From Phycisphaerae bacterium (GTDB lineage: Bacteria > Planctomycetota > Phycisphaerae > UBA1845), in NCBI GenBank assembly GCA_963666835.2, contig CAXXGO010000006.1, forward strand, positions 1,632,001 through 1,696,000: a stretch of DNA of 64,000 bases, in the 5' to 3' direction. A program made the position numbers and the translations under genes. Under the pieces are notes generated by a model. It saw only the letters and a program-made list of their open reading frames with translations, ran no database searches and was not told the DNA's origin. Below are positions 60,081 through 64,000 of the stretch, one piece after another (the stretch's first letter is position 1; each line of letters starts with the position of its first letter).

Positions 60081-60105
60081 AAAGGGGTCGGGAGTCTTTG
60101 TTTTG
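60081..60105. repeat. solo arm of the AAAGGGGTCGGGAGTCTTTG repeat
   Basis: 25 nt identical to 9370-9394; inverted relative to 10961-10984. Confidence 0.85.
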
Positions 60106-60143
60106 TGCGGCGACTGGTGGGCGCAAAAGAGAGAGGCCCCGAG

Positions 60144-60169
60144 GGGGGACCGTGATAACACGGTCCCCC
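60144..60169. terminator. perfect hairpin (terminator or REP-like)
   Basis: GGGGGACCGTG-ATAA-CACGGTCCCCC downstream of the M1 gene. Confidence 0.45.
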
Positions 60170-60294
60170 TCAGCTTCTGCCCCGTCTCCTCTCCTCCCCT
60201 GCAAGCAAGAGGACGTAGGAGTTGCCTGCACCCGCAACTGATTCGGCTAAGCCCGGTTCCCGCCGGGGGGGGGGCGCCGAAGCGCCGTCCTCCT

Positions 60295-62679
60295 TTACGG
60301 GCAATCGGCCGGATCGATAAACGGATACGGGGCCCCTTTGAAACCATCGACGACGCGCTGCACGTCGGTCATGTTCAAAACCGCGTTCGGCGACTCGCCG
60401 TCGACATCCACCCACGTCAAAGGCGGGGCCGTCGGGGCTGCGGAGAACAACTGCAGTGTCGCCATTACGTCATTCATGTTGACTACGCCGTTGGGCGCCT
60501 CCCACGAGCCGCCGAAATCTCCCACACAATCGGCCCAATACTTCGGGGCCGGCTGGGCAATAGTCGCAACGGTCAGAGGATTGAGGAAAATACTCCCATC
60601 GATCGTCGTCTGAATCTCATACTCCGCGGCCGGGACTATCTCGCAATCACCGACGTGAACTACGTCAGGCCAAGCATCGCTGAAATATGGCTCGTCCACG
60701 ATCCGGGAAATATCATCTGCGGAGGGCTCGCCGACCCAACCCAACACCGCTGTCGAACCCGGGAAGAAGGTTACGGCCGTGAGTTCCACCTGAAAGGCCA
60801 CGTTCCCCGCGCAGTTCGGATCGAACGAAATATAGCGGTTCTTCGGCGCGTCGTGCGGAGGAGCCGCCGGCGCCGCGGCCTGCACGTGGTACTCGGTCTC
60901 GGTGGCCGCGGTCCGCAGGATCCACTCGTCCGGGTCAAACTGCAGGCTCGTGGCCGGGGCGCTAGTGGCAATCGCGAAGGTCTGCGTGGCCTGGTCGTTC
61001 CAAACCGTAAACGTCTCCGGGACTCCCCCGACGGTGGCGACCAGATCGACCGGCATGGTGAACACCTCCGGATAGCTGGGACTCTGGACCTGCTTAATCT
61101 GAACGAAGAGGTAATCCTGGCCGGCGATACTGCTCGTGTCCCAGCCATACTCGTAAGCCGGGGCTCCGATCTGGTAAACCCACTGGTCGAAGAACCAAGT
61201 AAGATCGTCGCCGTGAACGGCGGAAGCCACGGCGACGAACTCGTCGGTGGTAACTGCCGAGTATTCGTAGGCCGCCCGATATTGCGTGAACATGTCGAAG
61301 AACGCGGCGTCACCCATCACGTGGCGGAGTTGGTGCAAGACCCAGGAAGCTTTGTCGTAGCTATAGGTGCTATTGAAGATCCGACTTACGGTAAGGTGCC
61401 CCGGGTAGACGTAGACCGAGTCTGAAACGCTGCTGGGCTTCCTGCTTTGAACTTGGGCGAAGTAAGCGGTCGGATTCGGGGTGCCCGTCTTGAACTCCTC
61501 CCATAGGGCCTCAGAATAGGACGCGAAGCCCTCGTTAAGCCACACGTCGCTCCAGGTTTTGCAGGTGATCATGTCTCCCCACCATTGGTGGGAGAGTTCG
61601 TGAGCCGTGAGAATCTCGCCGAAGCCTCCCTGCCCGGTCATCGTCTGGTGTTCCATACCGCCGCCGAAGGGCAGGTTGTAGATACCGTATTTCTCGTCGA
61701 TGAACGGGTACTCTCCGTAGAGCGTCGTGAACACGTCCAGCATGTCCAACACTTGACCCCATGCGTTGCGGTTGGCCGTGTTGTCGTACGCGGGGTAGAT
61801 GTAGAACTCGACGGGCATGGTCCCGCCGGGGTGAACGTAGTCGAGCGTCCAGGTGTTATACTCGCTCATCGCGAAGCAGATCAGATACGTGGAGATGGGG
61901 TAATCCGTCGCCCAGTTGTACTTCGCCCGATCTCCGGAGAGCGAGTCTACGCTCTGCAAAGTGCCGGTCGCCGGCACCGTGTAGTTCGACGGGACCGTGA
62001 TGGAGAAGTCCAGCGTGGCCTTGTCGGAATTATCGCCCGGTTCCTGGACGTCACCGTCTTTGGCCGGCCACCAAGTGTGGGCGTAGTACGGGCAACTCAA
62101 CGATGACACGACGGGACCTCCGCCGCCCGGCTGGTTCGCCACGACGAACGAGCCGAACCCGAGCGAAACGGGAGTGCCGTTATACTCAAGCGTTAGCGTG
62201 AATTCCTCGTTAAGCCCATAGGTCCGGTCGAGCACGACGCGTCGAGTCGACGCACTCTCCGTCGTAACTGTTGCCGCAGTTGTGTCATTCAGGAACGCCC
62301 CGGTGATGGTAAACGTATCCCGCAATCGGAATGTGAACTCCGTCAGGCTCGCCGAGAGGCTCCGGATGGTCATGCGATTGGTGCCGGTGACCGTGCAGTT
62401 GTGGGCCACCGTATCGACGTCGGTTACCTCTATGTCCAACTCGTAGTGCAGAATGTCGGTCTCATCGAGGGACTCTCTCGAAGCCCGGGTACTAGGCGGA
62501 GCCGGCTCTTCGATGACCCTTCCGTCGAGTACCGCCCGTTCCTTGCCCGTTCGCAGAGCTGCATCAGCGTCGTAGGGCTGGCGAGCCGAGACTCCCTCGC
62601 CCATCAACCCGAACCCGACTGCCGCGACCACCAGCCAACCGGCATGTATCATTCCGAAGACAGCAACGCTGCACCTCAT
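60295..62679 (-). CDS. secreted M1-family aminopeptidase with C-terminal dockerin-like tail
   Basis: GGMEH, HELSHQWWG, WLNEGFASYSE, YDKASWVLH; signal peptide; GGAGG RBS before ATG 62679. Confidence 0.92.
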   Translation of the reverse strand: MRCSVAVFGMIHAGWLVVAAVGFGLMGEGVSARQPYDADAALRTGKERAVLDGRVIEEPAPPSTRASRESLDETDILHYELDIEVTDVDTVAHNCTVTGTNRMTIRSLSASLTEFTFRLRDTFTITGAFLNDTTAATVTTESASTRRVVLDRTYGLNEEFTLTLEYNGTPVSLGFGSFVVANQPGGGGPVVSSLSCPYYAHTWWPAKDGDVQEPGDNSDKATLDFSITVPSNYTVPATGTLQSVDSLSGDRAKYNWATDYPISTYLICFAMSEYNTWTLDYVHPGGTMPVEFYIYPAYDNTANRNAWGQVLDMLDVFTTLYGEYPFIDEKYGIYNLPFGGGMEHQTMTGQGGFGEILTAHELSHQWWGDMITCKTWSDVWLNEGFASYSEALWEEFKTGTPNPTAYFAQVQSRKPSSVSDSVYVYPGHLTVSRIFNSTYSYDKASWVLHQLRHVMGDAAFFDMFTQYRAAYEYSAVTTDEFVAVASAVHGDDLTWFFDQWVYQIGAPAYEYGWDTSSIAGQDYLFVQIKQVQSPSYPEVFTMPVDLVATVGGVPETFTVWNDQATQTFAIATSAPATSLQFDPDEWILRTAATETEYHVQAAAPAAPPHDAPKNRYISFDPNCAGNVAFQVELTAVTFFPGSTAVLGWVGEPSADDISRIVDEPYFSDAWPDVVHVGDCEIVPAAEYEIQTTIDGSIFLNPLTVATIAQPAPKYWADCVGDFGGSWEAPNGVVNMNDVMATLQLFSAAPTAPPLTWVDVDGESPNAVLNMTDVQRVVDGFKGAPYPFIDPADCP

Positions 62680-63050
62680 CGCATCCTCCTGCCTTGCGCA
62701 TTGCGAACTCGAACGATCGATCACCGCCGCCAGAGCCCGAGAACCACCCTCTGACCGCAATGTCATATAACCCGAACTGAAGATTGTCGGGTGAGCGTTT
62801 AGACCGCCCGATCCTGCGCGAACCTCGATTATAGGAAACTCCCCCTCCTCAAGGAAAGGTTTTTCTTGAGAACGGCAGCCTGTTTGCGAGAATCTCCGGA
62901 GCCCGCTTTCGCGAGTTTCCCCGAATCCGACGTGTGGCCGCGAAGGTCGGTTGGTCTCAGTCGGGGCGGCCAACCGATAAGGAAGCGGTGGGGGTGAGGG
63001 ACGGCGTAGTGCCGTCTCCGCGCCCTGATAACCTGTTCAGAGAGCTGGAT

Positions 63051-64000
63051 ATGCCCAAGACCGATAGCACGGCGCACGCCGCGAGCCCTGCAGCAGAAAG
63101 CCCGAAAAACGCCGGACGCGGTCCGCTCAAGGAGTCGTTTCTGGACCACGTGCGGTTTACGCAGGCGAAGGTCCCCGGATATGCGTCCGAACGAGACCTT
63201 TTCTTTGCCCTGGCCATGACCGTCCGGGATCGTCTCATCGGACGTTGGATCGCCACGCGCAAGGCGTACTACCGCCATCCGGAGATCAAGCGGGTTTACT
63301 ACTTGTCTCTGGAGTTCCTCATGGGGCGTACGCTCGGCAACAGTCTGGTCAACCTCCAGCTTTACGACGAGTGCTACCAAGCTCTGTTCGAGCTGGGCTA
63401 TGACCTGGAGGAAATCCGGGAACTTGAAGAGGAGGCCGGGCTGGGCAACGGTGGTCTCGGACGCCTCGCCGCGTGCTTCCTCGATTCCATGGCCACCCTC
63501 GAGTTGCCGGGCTATGGTTACGGCATTCGATACGACTACGGCATGTTCCACCAGAGGATTCGCGACGGGCGTCAGGTGGAAGAGCCGGACGACTGGCTGC
63601 GTCTAGGCAATCCCTGGGAGATTCCTCGTCCCGAGCACACATTCCGAGTTCAATACTACGGTCGGGTGGAGGCGTACGAAGATGAGACCGGCCGGGAGCG
63701 GTTCCGCTGGGTCGATACGCATGACATCATGGCCTTGCCGTACGACAGTCCGGTGGCGGGCTACGACACTAATACGGTAAACTCACTGCGGCTCTTCTCG
63801 GCCAAGTCCACGAAGGAGTTCGATCTTTCCTATTTCAACCATGGCGATTATCTGCGGGCCTGCGAGGACAAGGCCCGGACGGAGAACATCACCAAGGTGC
63901 TCTACCCCAAGGACGACTTTGCTGAGGGGCGGGAGCTACGGCTCAAGCAAGAGTATTTGCTCGTATCTGCGTCATTGCAGGACATCCTGGATCGCTTCAG
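63051..64000 (+). CDS. glgP: glycogen/alpha-glucan phosphorylase (runs off the window; absent from the ORF track)
   Basis: Translation contains [61 protein letters not shown]. Confidence 0.96.
   Translation, partial: MPKTDSTAHAASPAAESPKNAGRGPLKESFLDHVRFTQAKVPGYASERDLFFALAMTVRDRLIGRWIATRKAYYRHPEIKRVYYLSLEFLMGRTLGNSLVNLQLYDECYQALFELGYDLEEIRELEEEAGLGNGGLGRLAACFLDSMATLELPGYGYGIRYDYGMFHQRIRDGRQVEEPDDWLRLGNPWEIPRPEHTFRVQYYGRVEAYEDETGRERFRWVDTHDIMALPYDSPVAGYDTNTVNSLRLFSAKSTKEFDLSYFNHGDYLRACEDKARTENITKVLYPKDDFAEGRELRLKQEYLLVSASLQDILDRF

Overview
GC-rich bacterial chromosome segment, most likely Planctomycetota class Phycisphaerae. This is inferred from two prepilin-type/DUF1559-like genes and secreted proteins with dockerin-like C-terminal tails. 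Most of the window is housekeeping and envelope genes: tusA-like plus a split yeeE/yedE pair, a MacAB-like ABC exporter, ald, a frameshifted comEC, glycosyltransferases, a two-component pair, an M16 peptidase pair, tRNA-Val, dnaK with a sigma-54-type promoter, an MsbA-like ABC transporter, recA, thpR, a PfkB kinase, a CotH protein, pyrK, a Ni/Co transporter, a short uvrC, a DUF2339/DUF3999-like pair, pfkA, tRNA-Leu, an RND pump, an M1 aminopeptidase and a partial glgP. The most interesting signals are non-coding. (1) Two diverged copies of the 3' end of the GT2 gene at 9629-10903 flank a lone trypsin-like protease gene about 48 kb away, in inverted orientation. (2) Inverted repeat arms at 10961-10984 and 60081-60104 would, if the ~49 kb between them were flipped, place those copies directly behind the GT2 gene, suggesting an att-type islet plus a repeat-mediated inversion. 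(3) A ~1.1-kb toxin-antitoxin islet is bounded by tRNA-Leu and a degenerate copy of its 3' half. (4) Several REP-like palindrome families are present, one copy interrupted by a ~117-bp MITE with a target duplication. No integrase, intact transposase, CRISPR array or rRNA was seen. All product calls come from motif recognition by eye, not database searches.
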